Assembly (NCBI GenBank): GCA_002400985.2
Contig: NVRX02000004.1
Span: 114,245-178,244 of the forward strand
Reading direction: 5' to 3'
Length of the DNA: 64,000 nucleotides
DNA from: Candidatus Wolfebacteria bacterium
GTDB lineage: Bacteria > Patescibacteriota > Minisyncoccia > Phycocordibacterales > Phycocordibacteraceae
The notes beneath the pieces were generated by a model, which was given only the letters and a program-made list of their open reading frames with translations, had not been told where the DNA came from and did not search any database. Of the stretch, positions 34,830 through 43,640 are shown one piece after another. The stretch's first letter is position 1; every line of letters begins with the position of its first letter. A program made the translations under genes and the position numbers.

Positions 34830-36359
34830 TTAACGGGCAAATTCAACCACTCGATTCTCTCGGATGATATTCACCTTGATTTCTCCAGGATATCTAATGT
34901 CATGCTGTATCTTTGCGGCGATATCTCGAGCAAGTTTGTGTAGTTCAACATCTTTAATTTTTCCTGGATTCACGAATACCCGCACTTCTCTTCCTGCTTC
35001 AATGGCATAGCACTTCTCCACACCAGGGAATTCCTTTGCAATACGCTCTAGATCCTCCAAACGCTTCAAATAGTTCTCTGTGGTGTCACGTCGTGCCCCT
35101 GGGCGCCCTGCAGAGATGGCATCAGCAACCTGCACAAGGATAGATTCAGGTGTTTCATATGGATATTCCTCATGATGTGCCTGCATTGCTTTTATAACTG
35201 CCTCATCTACTTTAAATTTCTGTAGAACCCTTCGTCCAATTTCAACATGTGTTCCTTGCACTGCATGATCAAGTGCTTTTCCAATGTCATGGAGGAGTGC
35301 TCCCGCTCGTGCAACCGCAACATCTGCACCCACTTCTTCTGCAAGCATTCCTGCTATATGTGCCATTTCAATTGAGTGTTGGAGGATATTCTGCCCATAA
35401 CTTGTTCGGAAATATAGCCGCCCCAATAGCTTTATGAGCCCTGGAGGGAGATTGTGTACACCAGCTTCATACGCGGCTTCTTCTCCTCGACGCGTAACTG
35501 TTTGTTCAATCTCTAGTTTTGCCTTTACAACAGCTTCTTCTATTTTTGCAGGTTGAATTCTTCCATCAGCCAAAAGTCTTTCAAGTGCAAGTCGTGCGGT
35601 GTGTCGACGTATAGGATCAAATGAAGAGATGGTTATGTGCCCTGGCGTGTCATCAATAACAATATCTACACCTGTTGCTCGTTCAAACGCACGAATGTTT
35701 CGTCCTTCCTTTCCAATAATTTTTCCTTTTGTTTCATCGTTGGGAAGAGGGAATTGGAAACTCATCACGTCACTACTCACCGCATTCCCAAGTCGGTGAA
35801 TAACAGAGGTAATAATATTTTGGGCTTTTGCTTCAAGCTCTTTTCTTCCAACAGTCTCAAGCCGCTGCAACCGAAGCATAAGTGACTCTTCTTGGTCCTC
35901 CACAACCTCTTTTAAAAGTTCTTCTCGAGCCTCTTTCATTGAAAACTCCCCAATGTGCTCGAGTTGTTTTTCTCGTTTTTCTTTCAAATCCTCCACTTCT
36001 TCCTCCTGTCGCTCAAGAGTTGTTTTTTCTTGTTGTAGTCTGTCGCTTTCTCGATCAACATCACTTTGACGTTCATCAACAAGCTCTTCACGTTTAACAA
36101 GTCGGTGTTCTTTTTCTCGAACCTCTTCCTCTCGGATACGCACATCCTTAAGTTTTTCTTTTTCAATACGATCACCATCATCTTCCGCTTTATTTAAAAT
36201 ACGGCTCGCTCCTTCTTTTGCTTCAAGGAGACGTCGTTTAATCTCAAGCTCAAGTGAGCCGCTATGTCCCAATGCTACGAGCCACCGAAACACATATCCT
36301 AGGAGGATTCCAAAGATAAGTGATAGGGCAATCAATACAAATACTAATTTTAATGACAT
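34830..36359 (-). CDS. rny: Ribonuclease Y
   Basis: N-terminal TM segment, an E/R-rich coiled coil, a KH domain (GKIIGKEGRNIRAFERATGVD) and an HD domain (LLHDIGKA). Confidence 0.92.
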   Translation of the reverse strand: MSLKLVFVLIALSLIFGILLGYVFRWLVALGHSGSLELEIKRRLLEAKEGASRILNKAEDDGDRIEKEKLKDVRIREEEVREKEHRLVKREELVDERQSDVDRESDRLQQEKTTLERQEEEVEDLKEKREKQLEHIGEFSMKEAREELLKEVVEDQEESLMLRLQRLETVGRKELEAKAQNIITSVIHRLGNAVSSDVMSFQFPLPNDETKGKIIGKEGRNIRAFERATGVDIVIDDTPGHITISSFDPIRRHTARLALERLLADGRIQPAKIEEAVVKAKLEIEQTVTRRGEEAAYEAGVHNLPPGLIKLLGRLYFRTSYGQNILQHSIEMAHIAGMLAEEVGADVAVARAGALLHDIGKALDHAVQGTHVEIGRRVLQKFKVDEAVIKAMQAHHEEYPYETPESILVQVADAISAGRPGARRDTTENYLKRLEDLERIAKEFPGVEKCYAIEAGREVRVFVNPGKIKDVELHKLARDIAAKIQHDIRYPGEIKVNIIRENRVVEFAR

Positions 36360-36619
36360 ATATATTATGTTTCTCTACCCCGTATATAGGGAGGAGAAAT
36401 TTACTAACTAATGTATGTGTACTGTACCTGAAATGAATTTGTGACACATCTTGACATGCAGGAATAGTGCAGGCATAGTGAGGATATTGTTCTTTTACAT
36501 CTGGTCATAGCTATAAGGTACTAAAGTGTTGGTGTTTTATAGCTGTGACCACTCTGGTCTAGCTGTTATTTCTATCAGAAATAACAAAAACTCAACTATC
36601 AGTTGAAAAGGAGACCCTC

Positions 36620-37225
36620 ATGGGTAAATATAATAAATGGAATAGAGGTGAAGATGAAGCCTTGCTTAATAAATTGGGCGGGGAACAAACCGCTCGAGAT
36701 TTCTTGTCAGGGAAAATTGAGTTAGTAAAAAAGTCTCGTTTGAACTCAGTTTTATTTTCACTTCCAAAAGTCGTAAACCCACCTTTGTTGAGACAGGAAG
36801 GAGACGTCTGGCTTTCAACGTGTGCACACAAATTGTTTGTTGACTGTGAACCAGTCATAATGCCTGCCTGTGAGTACAGCTACTGGGATTTCCCAAGGCT
36901 GATGAATGACTCTGATATTCTGAGAGAAATTGGTCACGAATCAATTTTCAAAGACCTCAATAAACTTAGTGTTTTCATCAAACATTTGCAAAAAAAGCAA
37001 CCAAAAGGTGAGAAAGAGTTACTTTTGAGAACTGAACAGGAAAATATTTTTTATGTTTATGATCCTGATAATTTAAAGAAAGTTCTTTACGTCTCTGATA
37101 CCCGGTCTTTAGATCATAAAGACTGGGACATATCCATAGGTTCCACAGACTCAGAGCAACGGCGCTTTATTGGAAACCGTGTTTTTAGAAACTGTATAAA
37201 TTCAGATATCACAGTTATACTTTAA
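36620..37225 (+). CDS. Hypothetical protein (201 aa) with a canonical SD
   Basis: AAGGAG at 36608-36613, exactly 6 nt before the ATG. No recognisable motif. Two hairpins lie upstream at about 36503-36552 and 36565-36587. Confidence 0.55.
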   Translation: MGKYNKWNRGEDEALLNKLGGEQTARDFLSGKIELVKKSRLNSVLFSLPKVVNPPLLRQEGDVWLSTCAHKLFVDCEPVIMPACEYSYWDFPRLMNDSDILREIGHESIFKDLNKLSVFIKHLQKKQPKGEKELLLRTEQENIFYVYDPDNLKKVLYVSDTRSLDHKDWDISIGSTDSEQRRFIGNRVFRNCINSDITVIL

Positions 37226-37278
37226 ATCTTTGTTCCTATCCGATTCGTCGGGTAGGAGCTTTTTATATTTCGAAACCT

Positions 37279-37884
37279 CTACGAAGCTTTATTTTTATGA
37301 ACCTTATCTACAAGTCCGTACTTCTTTGCTTCATCTGCAGTCATAAAGAAGTCTCGATCCACATCAGAGGCTACTTTTTCAACAGGTTGACCTGTTGCCT
37401 TAGCAAGAATCCTATTTAGACGGTCCCTTGTTGAGAGAATATGCTTTGCGGTTATTTCAATATCACTTGCTTGTCCTTCAACACCTCCCCACGGTTGATG
37501 GATCATAACTTCAGCATTTGGAAGTGCGAAACGCTTTCCTTTCTTTCCTCCTGCAAGAAGTACTGCTGCAGCACTTGCTGCTATTCCTACACATACTGTA
37601 GATACATCAGATTTGATGTGGTTCATAGTATCGAGTATCGCAAGAGCTGCAGTTACTGAACCTCCTGGAGAGTTAATATAGATTTGAATATCTTTCTTTG
37701 AATCTTCAGCATCAAGAAAGAGAAGCTGTGCAACCATAAGGTTTGCTCCGTGATTGTCTATTGCTCCTCCAAGGAAAATAATACGTTCTTTTAAAAGTCT
37801 AGAATAAATGTCATATGCTCGTTCACCATACTGGCCTTTTTCAATAACCATTGGTACGAGGTTGTCGCTAATCTCTTTTTCCAT
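37279..37884 (-). CDS. clpP: ATP-dependent Clp protease proteolytic subunit
   Basis: ..[20 protein letters not shown].., the Ser motif [12 protein letters not shown] and the His motif MIHQPWGG. Confidence 0.93.
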   Translation of the reverse strand: MEKEISDNLVPMVIEKGQYGERAYDIYSRLLKERIIFLGGAIDNHGANLMVAQLLFLDAEDSKKDIQIYINSPGGSVTAALAILDTMNHIKSDVSTVCVGIAASAAAVLLAGGKKGKRFALPNAEVMIHQPWGGVEGQASDIEITAKHILSTRDRLNRILAKATGQPVEKVASDVDRDFFMTADEAKKYGLVDKVHKNKAS

Positions 37885-37923
37885 AATATGGCCATACTAG
37901 CAGGGTGTGTACTTGTGTACAAG

Positions 37924-37947
37924 AAAAGCGCCCATGAGGGCGCTTTT
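37924..37947 (-). terminator. Rho-independent terminator
   Basis: AAAAGCGCCC-atga-GGGCGCTTTT. It lies downstream of the 37969-38358 gene on the minus strand. Confidence 0.7.
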
Positions 37948-37968
37948 AGAGAATAGACGAGAGTCTAT

Positions 37969-38358
37969 TTAGATTGCAAATTCTTGATCAATAGCATCAA
38001 GCTCTGCATCTAGGTCTGATAAATCACTTGCATTTATGTCTGCTTCAATTGCAGAAAGTGCATCTGATTCCTGTACTTCGGTAATAGCATCTACACCAGC
38101 TTCTGCTGCTGTTTCTGCCATTGTAAATTGTTCTTCAAGATCCGCTTCTGTTTTTGGAGATCCTGAGTACTTATCTCCAAAAATGAAGAATGCTCCAGCA
38201 AGAATAATTACAACAATTATTCCAAGTGCAATAAGAGCTGTTCCTCCACTATTTTCTTCTGCGGGAGCAGGTTGCTCCTGAGGCGCAGTTGGTTGAGGTG
38301 CCTCATTTGTAACTGGTGCTGCCTCTCCTTGTGTTGGTTGTTCGTTCATATTATTCAA
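37969..38358 (-). CDS. Single-pass membrane protein with acidic termini, hypothetical
   Basis: P/Q/A/E-rich N-terminus, a TM segment (ALIALGIIVVIILAGAFFIF) and a D/E/A-rich C-terminal tail. Confidence 0.5.
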   Translation of the reverse strand: MNNMNEQPTQGEAAPVTNEAPQPTAPQEQPAPAEENSGGTALIALGIIVVIILAGAFFIFGDKYSGSPKTEADLEEQFTMAETAAEAGVDAITEVQESDALSAIEADINASDLSDLDAELDAIDQEFAI

Positions 38359-39124
38359 CAGCGTTTAGAACGCTTGCAGATAGTTTAAGGTTTCTAATAG
38401 CTTCGACCGCATCACGCAATGACTCATGTGCATCTTTAAGTGCCTCTCGGGCTGTGCTTGCAGCTTCTTTTACTTTCGCAAGTGCTTCTCGTGGGTCTGT
38501 GGCAACGCTTCCATCTGCTCCAAGAGAGCTTGAAAGATCAACACTTGTGTTTGCAAGTATTTCAATCTGCGCTCGAGCATCAGAAATTGCTTCTTTTGCA
38601 TCGGCAAGTGCAGTACGTGCACTACTTACATCATTTCCATCTTCTTCAATTTTATTTAGGCGATCATCAAATCGATCTACGATCTGTTCAAGTCGATCTG
38701 CCATTGCACTCATCTTTCGTGACATTCGCTCAAGGTATTTTTCAATACGATCTTTTGCTCGGTCACTTAGTTTTTCACGAAGGTCAGCTTTTCTCTCAGC
38801 AAGCTTTTCCTTCCGCTCCTCTCTCTTTTCTTCAATATTCTCTTTCCGTCCATCTTCTGAGATACGAAGACGATCCTCTCTTTCTTCAGACACTATTCGT
38901 TCCTCTCGTTCTTCAGCTCGTTTTACATCACGTGTAGCGTCTATCTCTACACGGGTTGCTTCAAATTCTGCACGGTTTGCTTCTCGCTTTGCTTCAAATT
39001 CCACACGCGCTGTCTCCCGATCAACTGAGACAGTGCTTGCGTCTTGGGCAAGAGCAGGTGCTCCACCCAACAAAAAAGCAAGTGCAAGTGCAGCACCGCT
39101 TACACTTTTAAATGATTTCTTCAT
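38351..39124 (-). CDS. Secreted Arg/Glu-rich coiled-coil protein, hypothetical
   Basis: Signal peptide MKKSFKSVSGAALALAFLLGGAPALAQD, then repeated R-x-EFEA-x-R motifs and charged heptad-like sequence. Confidence 0.55.
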   Translation of the reverse strand: MKKSFKSVSGAALALAFLLGGAPALAQDASTVSVDRETARVEFEAKREANRAEFEATRVEIDATRDVKRAEEREERIVSEEREDRLRISEDGRKENIEEKREERKEKLAERKADLREKLSDRAKDRIEKYLERMSRKMSAMADRLEQIVDRFDDRLNKIEEDGNDVSSARTALADAKEAISDARAQIEILANTSVDLSSSLGADGSVATDPREALAKVKEAASTAREALKDAHESLRDAVEAIRNLKLSASVLNAVE

Positions 39125-39163
39125 GTATCGATACATATATAATTAATAAGGTCTGCATAAAGT

Positions 39164-39193
39164 ATAACAGCCTGGCATGTGCCAGGCTGTTAT
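39164..39193. terminator. Long palindromic hairpin downstream of ppa
   Basis: ATAACAGCCTGGCA-tg-TGCCAGGCTGTTAT. There is no strong U-run. Confidence 0.45.
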
Positions 39194-39219
39194 CTATCCA
39201 CTTATTGCAAAATAATGAG

Positions 39220-39738
39220 TTATTTTGCGTCTGTATACATTTGTACCCCTCTATCAAAAGCTTCTCGTGCTGATTTTGCGTCTGTAAAGCCGTTTGTCTC
39301 TACTTCTTTGTTTTGGATTTTTTTATATGTTCCAAAGAAGTGCTCGATTTCCTTAAGAGTATGAGGGTTTATGTCCCCAAGGTCTGTAATGGTATCAAAA
39401 CGAGGGTCTTCTAAGGGCACGGCAATTACCTTGTCATCTTTTTCTCCACCATCAATCATTGCAAGTATTCCTACAGGACGACACCTTACAAGGATTCCAG
39501 GTGCTAGGGGATATGTAGTGAGTACAAGCACATCAAGTGCATCTCCATCGTCCCAAAGTGTCTGGGGAACAAATCCATAGTCAAAAGGATAATCCTGAGC
39601 TGTGTGCATTACACGATCAAGTGCAATGAGTCCTGTTTTTTTATCAATTTCGTACTTATTCTTTGATCCTTTTGGAATTTCAATGATGACATTCATTTCA
39701 TCAGCTTTTCCGGGTTCAATATCATGTAATAGGTTCAT
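39220..39738 (-). CDS. ppa: Inorganic pyrophosphatase (family I)
   Basis: ..VIIEIPKGSKNKYEID.., ..DGDALDVLV.. and ..GEKDDKVIAV.. Confidence 0.92.
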   Translation of the reverse strand: MNLLHDIEPGKADEMNVIIEIPKGSKNKYEIDKKTGLIALDRVMHTAQDYPFDYGFVPQTLWDDGDALDVLVLTTYPLAPGILVRCRPVGILAMIDGGEKDDKVIAVPLEDPRFDTITDLGDINPHTLKEIEHFFGTYKKIQNKEVETNGFTDAKSAREAFDRGVQMYTDAK

Positions 39739-39756
39739 ATGATAGTAGTTATACCA

Positions 39757-41091
39757 TTAAGATTCTCTCTGCTTCTCCTCCTCTTCTGTTTTCTCTTCAA
39801 CCGCACCATCATCAGCATGTTTCACTGCGTCTTCAACAGTAAGTGTTGTTTCCTCGAGAGGTTCTTCCGTTACCGTCGCTTCCTCAACAGTACTTTCAGC
39901 TGCGGATTGTACAGAGGTGTCTATTTCAATGTTTGTAGGCTCTTTTACTTCTTCTTTTGCAACCTCTACAGCCGCTCCATCTGTCTCAGCGACATTGTCT
40001 CCTCCAAGAGATGCAATATCAATACTCCATCCTGTTAGTTTTGCAGCAAGTCGTACATTTTGTCCTCCCCGACCAATAGCAAGAGATTGCTGGTCTTCAG
40101 TAACGGTAACGGTTGCCTTGTGTTCCTTTTCATCAAGCTCTACTGAGGTTACTTCTGCTGGAGAAAGTGCGTCTTTTACAAAGAGCACTTCGTCATCACT
40201 CCACTCCATAATATCTATTCGCTCTCCTCCAAGTTCACTTGTTACGGTAGATACACGAACTCCTCGTTGTCCCACAAGAGATCCAACAGGGTCGATATGA
40301 CTATCTTCTGAAATAACCGCAAGCTTTGTACGGCTCCCTGGCTCACGAGCAATAGCTTTAATAACCACTGTTCCGTTGGCAAGTTCAGGTGCTTCAAGCT
40401 TAAACAACTCAACAACAAATTGAGGCTGTGCTCGAGACAAACGAAGGAATACTCCACGCGCTCCTTCATCTACTGAGTATAGGTAGGCCCTAATTCTCTC
40501 TCCTGTTCGGTATCTCTCCCCTCGAATCTGCTCTTCAAAAGGAATTATCCCTGTTGTTCGCCCAAGATCCACATAAATCATTCCGCGTTCTACACGTTGT
40601 ACGGTACCGGAAACAATTTCTCCCTCTCTTCCTGCAAACTCTTCAAGGATTGAACTCTTCTCTGCTTCACGAATCTTCTGAATAATTACCTGCTTTGCTG
40701 TTTGTGCAGCAATACGTCCAAAGTCTTCCTTTAGTTCAAGAGGGAAGGCAAGCTCAGAACCAAGTTCTGCATCTTTTTTCATCCTCTGAGCATCTTCTAG
40801 AAGAATATGCTTTTCAGAGTCGAAAAGTGTTCGTTCATCATCTTCTGCTCGCTCTTCTTCTGTATCAAAGTATACGAGTGACTCATCAACAACTTGTTTT
40901 ATCTGCTCAAATACAGGTGTTCCGACATTCATGTCTAAAGAAGAACGAATAATCTGGTTTCGTTTTCCGTATTCTTTCTTATACGCAGTAGCAAGTGCTG
41001 CTTCAATAGCTTCAATCATCTTTGTTCGAGGAATATTCTTCTCTTCCTCAAACTGATCGAGTACCGAGTTAATTACTTTTAAGTCAAACAT
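39757..41091 (-). CDS. nusA: Transcription termination/antitermination factor NusA
   Basis: An S1-like region (GEIVSGTVQRVERGMIYVDLG), KH repeats (..DPVGSLVGQRGVRV.., ..AIGRGGQNVRLAAKLTGW..) and an acidic C-terminal tail. Confidence 0.9.
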   Translation of the reverse strand: MFDLKVINSVLDQFEEEKNIPRTKMIEAIEAALATAYKKEYGKRNQIIRSSLDMNVGTPVFEQIKQVVDESLVYFDTEEERAEDDERTLFDSEKHILLEDAQRMKKDAELGSELAFPLELKEDFGRIAAQTAKQVIIQKIREAEKSSILEEFAGREGEIVSGTVQRVERGMIYVDLGRTTGIIPFEEQIRGERYRTGERIRAYLYSVDEGARGVFLRLSRAQPQFVVELFKLEAPELANGTVVIKAIAREPGSRTKLAVISEDSHIDPVGSLVGQRGVRVSTVTSELGGERIDIMEWSDDEVLFVKDALSPAEVTSVELDEKEHKATVTVTEDQQSLAIGRGGQNVRLAAKLTGWSIDIASLGGDNVAETDGAAVEVAKEEVKEPTNIEIDTSVQSAAESTVEEATVTEEPLEETTLTVEDAVKHADDGAVEEKTEEEEKQRES

Positions 41092-41459
41092 ATATAATAG
41101 GTGTTAAATTTTTGTAAAAATAATCGCCCGCAAATGCGGACGTAAATCAATACACAAATAGTACAGGTTTTTTGTGTAAAGTCAACGGATAATAAGGGTT
41201 TTTTATATAAAAAACCCGGCGGAGACATTCATTGTCTTCGACACCGGGCTTTACCTCCCCGAGAGGCTGTTTGTAGGAAACTAAGTGTTTATGCTTCCAA
41301 GCCTTTCCTCGGTAGGTAATCGCTTTGTGCTGTTTGCGTATTCAGTGACAGCACTGCAATAAAAGGAAAGTACAGTTTTAAACACTGTTTGTCAAGTTTT
41401 GACACCAAAAATAGGGGAGACGTACATATATAGGTGTCTATACGTGGTATCTTTTAGAT

Positions 41460-43208
41460 ATGAAAATCGATGAGCATCAACTCCATGAATTTATTGCAGA
41501 TTCAGGCCTTGTTTCAAAAAAAGATGTTGATGCAGCGGCTACAGAAGCAAAAAAGACAGGAAAGTCTCTTGGGGACATTCTTGTTTCTGGTGGCAAAATA
41601 GAAGAAAATGATCTCAGACGTATTAGTGCGTACGTATTAGGTATTCCGTTTGTAAATTTGAAAGATAAAAAGATCGACCCAGAACTACTTTCACTCATTC
41701 CAGAACCAATTGCACGCAATAATAATATTATTGTATATAACAAAAAAGATGGAGAGGTAGAGGTGGCCATGCTTGATACCAAGGACTTGGCAGCCATTGA
41801 TAATGTGCGAAAAAAGATTGGTCTTAAGGTTCGCGTACGCCTTACCGACGATGCATCAATCAAAAATGCACTACTTCAATATCAGAAATCTCTCAAAGAA
41901 GAGTTTGGTGACATTATTTCAAGAGAGAGTAAGTCAATAAAGGTTATAGATGAGAGTACTAAAGATAAGACAGAGGCAGAGCTTTTGAAGATCGCCGCAG
42001 ATCTCCCTGTTGTTCGTATCGTGGAGACACTGTTAAAGCACGCAATCATTCAAAAGGCATCAGACATTCACATTGAGCCAAGTGAGCATGAGGTAATAGT
42101 CAGGTACAGAGTCGATGGTCTATTGCACGATGCCATGACTCTTCCAAAAGAGGCAGGGCCTTCTATTGCAGCTCGTATCAAAGTACTTTCAAGTCTGAAG
42201 CTTGATGAAAAAAGACTTCCGCAAGATGGAAGATTTAAAATCGATAGTGACGGAGAGAAAGTTTCCTTCCGTGTATCAACACTGCCAACGTTCTATGGAG
42301 AAAAGGTGGTAATGAGGCTGTTGCGTGAAGGTGGTGGAGGTTTTTCACTCGACACCCTTGGGTTTCACGGACAAAATTTGGAGCGTATTCATCAGGCAAC
42401 ACAGCAGAAGACAGGGCTCATTCTTGTAACAGGACCAACAGGGTCTGGAAAAACAACAACGCTATACACTATTTTAGATATTCTTAATACGCCAGATGTA
42501 AACATCTCTACTGTAGAAGACCCTATTGAGTACCAAATGCCTCGGGTAAATCAAACACAGGTAAATCCTCGTATTGGTCTTACATTTGAATCAGGGCTCA
42601 GGTCTTTGGTACGACAAGACCCCGATATCATTATGGTGGGGGAAATTAGAGATAAAGAAACAGCGGCGCTAGCTATAAACGCAGCCCTTACCGGGCACTT
42701 GGTGCTTGCAACTCTTCACACAAACTCAGCTGCAGGTGCTATTCCTAGATTGTTGGATATGGGAGCAGAGCGATTTCTTTTGTCATCTACACTGCGGGTA
42801 ATAATAGGACAACGACTTGTTCGCAAACTCTGTGAAAAGAGAGAAGAGTACACTTTGAATAAAACAGCAAGAGATAAAATAGCTCGAACCGATCATTTTG
42901 ATGCTGCGTTTCAGGCTCTTGTAGAGGAGAAGCTTGTAAAACCAAAAAGCAGCATTGATGATGTCACGTTTTATCACCCTGTAAAAAGTTCAGAGTGTGA
43001 AAGTGGGTATGATGGACGAATTGGTATTCATGAAGTGCTACGAATGAGTGAGGGAATGCGAGAAATGATGATGCAAAATACAAATACGGATGGTCTTGAG
43101 GCTCAAGCACGAAAAGAGGGGATGCTTACTATGCTTGAAGATGGTTTATATAAGGCCGCAGTGGGAACAACTTCTCTCGAGGAAGTATTGCGAGTTATTT
43201 CAGAGTAA
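41460..43208 (+). CDS. pilB: Type IV pilus assembly ATPase PilB (GspE family)
   Basis: Walker A GPTGSGKTTTLY, Asp box ..DPIEY.., Walker B ..IMVGEIRD.., His box ..LATLHTN.. and an N-terminal GspE-N domain. Confidence 0.9.
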   Translation: MKIDEHQLHEFIADSGLVSKKDVDAAATEAKKTGKSLGDILVSGGKIEENDLRRISAYVLGIPFVNLKDKKIDPELLSLIPEPIARNNNIIVYNKKDGEVEVAMLDTKDLAAIDNVRKKIGLKVRVRLTDDASIKNALLQYQKSLKEEFGDIISRESKSIKVIDESTKDKTEAELLKIAADLPVVRIVETLLKHAIIQKASDIHIEPSEHEVIVRYRVDGLLHDAMTLPKEAGPSIAARIKVLSSLKLDEKRLPQDGRFKIDSDGEKVSFRVSTLPTFYGEKVVMRLLREGGGGFSLDTLGFHGQNLERIHQATQQKTGLILVTGPTGSGKTTTLYTILDILNTPDVNISTVEDPIEYQMPRVNQTQVNPRIGLTFESGLRSLVRQDPDIIMVGEIRDKETAALAINAALTGHLVLATLHTNSAAGAIPRLLDMGAERFLLSSTLRVIIGQRLVRKLCEKREEYTLNKTARDKIARTDHFDAAFQALVEEKLVKPKSSIDDVTFYHPVKSSECESGYDGRIGIHEVLRMSEGMREMMMQNTNTDGLEAQARKEGMLTMLEDGLYKAAVGTTSLEEVLRVISE

Positions 43209-43335
43209 TGCAAAAGAGTTAAAATTGACCCTTGGAAAGGAGAAATGTCTTTGGTAATAAATAATTTGTTATTACAAAGCTTGTGTGGTTCTCTTATATA
43301 AGATAACTAATCAATTTTATTAAAAGGAGAAGAAG

Positions 43336-43560
43336 ATGTTATTTTCAATTAATTTAATTTTTGCAATAGTGTTGATCTTTTTTGGAACATGTTTTCTTTA
43401 TCTAGGGCTTCATGTCCTATTTAACATGAATTCTGTTGAGCATGAGCGCGTGCGAAACGCCCTCAAGGTATTCAAGAAGACTGGATATGCTAAGCAGCAT
43501 GTTTTAAACCGCAACGGTTCAACCCATGAAATTCAACGTCTAAGAGTGCTTCCCGAATAA
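43336..43560 (+). CDS. Small membrane protein (74 aa) with a canonical SD, hypothetical
   Basis: AAGGAG at 43324-43329, 6 nt before the ATG. An N-terminal TM hairpin-like segment and a basic C-terminus. A long hairpin follows. Confidence 0.5.
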   Translation: MLFSINLIFAIVLIFFGTCFLYLGLHVLFNMNSVEHERVRNALKVFKKTGYAKQHVLNRNGSTHEIQRLRVLPE

Positions 43561-43567
43561 GTACTCT

Positions 43568-43615
43568 AAAGCCCCACTCACGAAACCACTTTAGTGGAAT
43601 TGAGAGCGGGGCTTT
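43568..43615 (+). terminator. Long imperfect hairpin/terminator after the small ORF
   Basis: AAAGCCCC (43568-43575) pairs with GGGGCTTT (43608-43615). An inner CCAC-ttta-GTGG stem is present. Confidence 0.5.
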
Positions 43616-43640
43616 ATCATTTGCATGATACATTTAAGGT

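Noticed and set aside
38316-39146. A 276-aa plus-strand ORF fully antisense to the 38351-39124 gene
   Set aside because: Its translation is Ser/Arg/Ala low-complexity sequence with no start context. The minus-strand frame has a clean signal peptide and coiled-coil repeats. The long antisense frame is a by-product of the GAA/GCA/CGN codon bias of the real gene.
41214-41260. tmRNA, because of a ..UUCGACACCGGG.. string resembling the tmRNA 5' region
   Set aside because: There is no tRNA-like T-arm or ACCA 3' end, and no tag reading frame within a reasonable distance on either strand.
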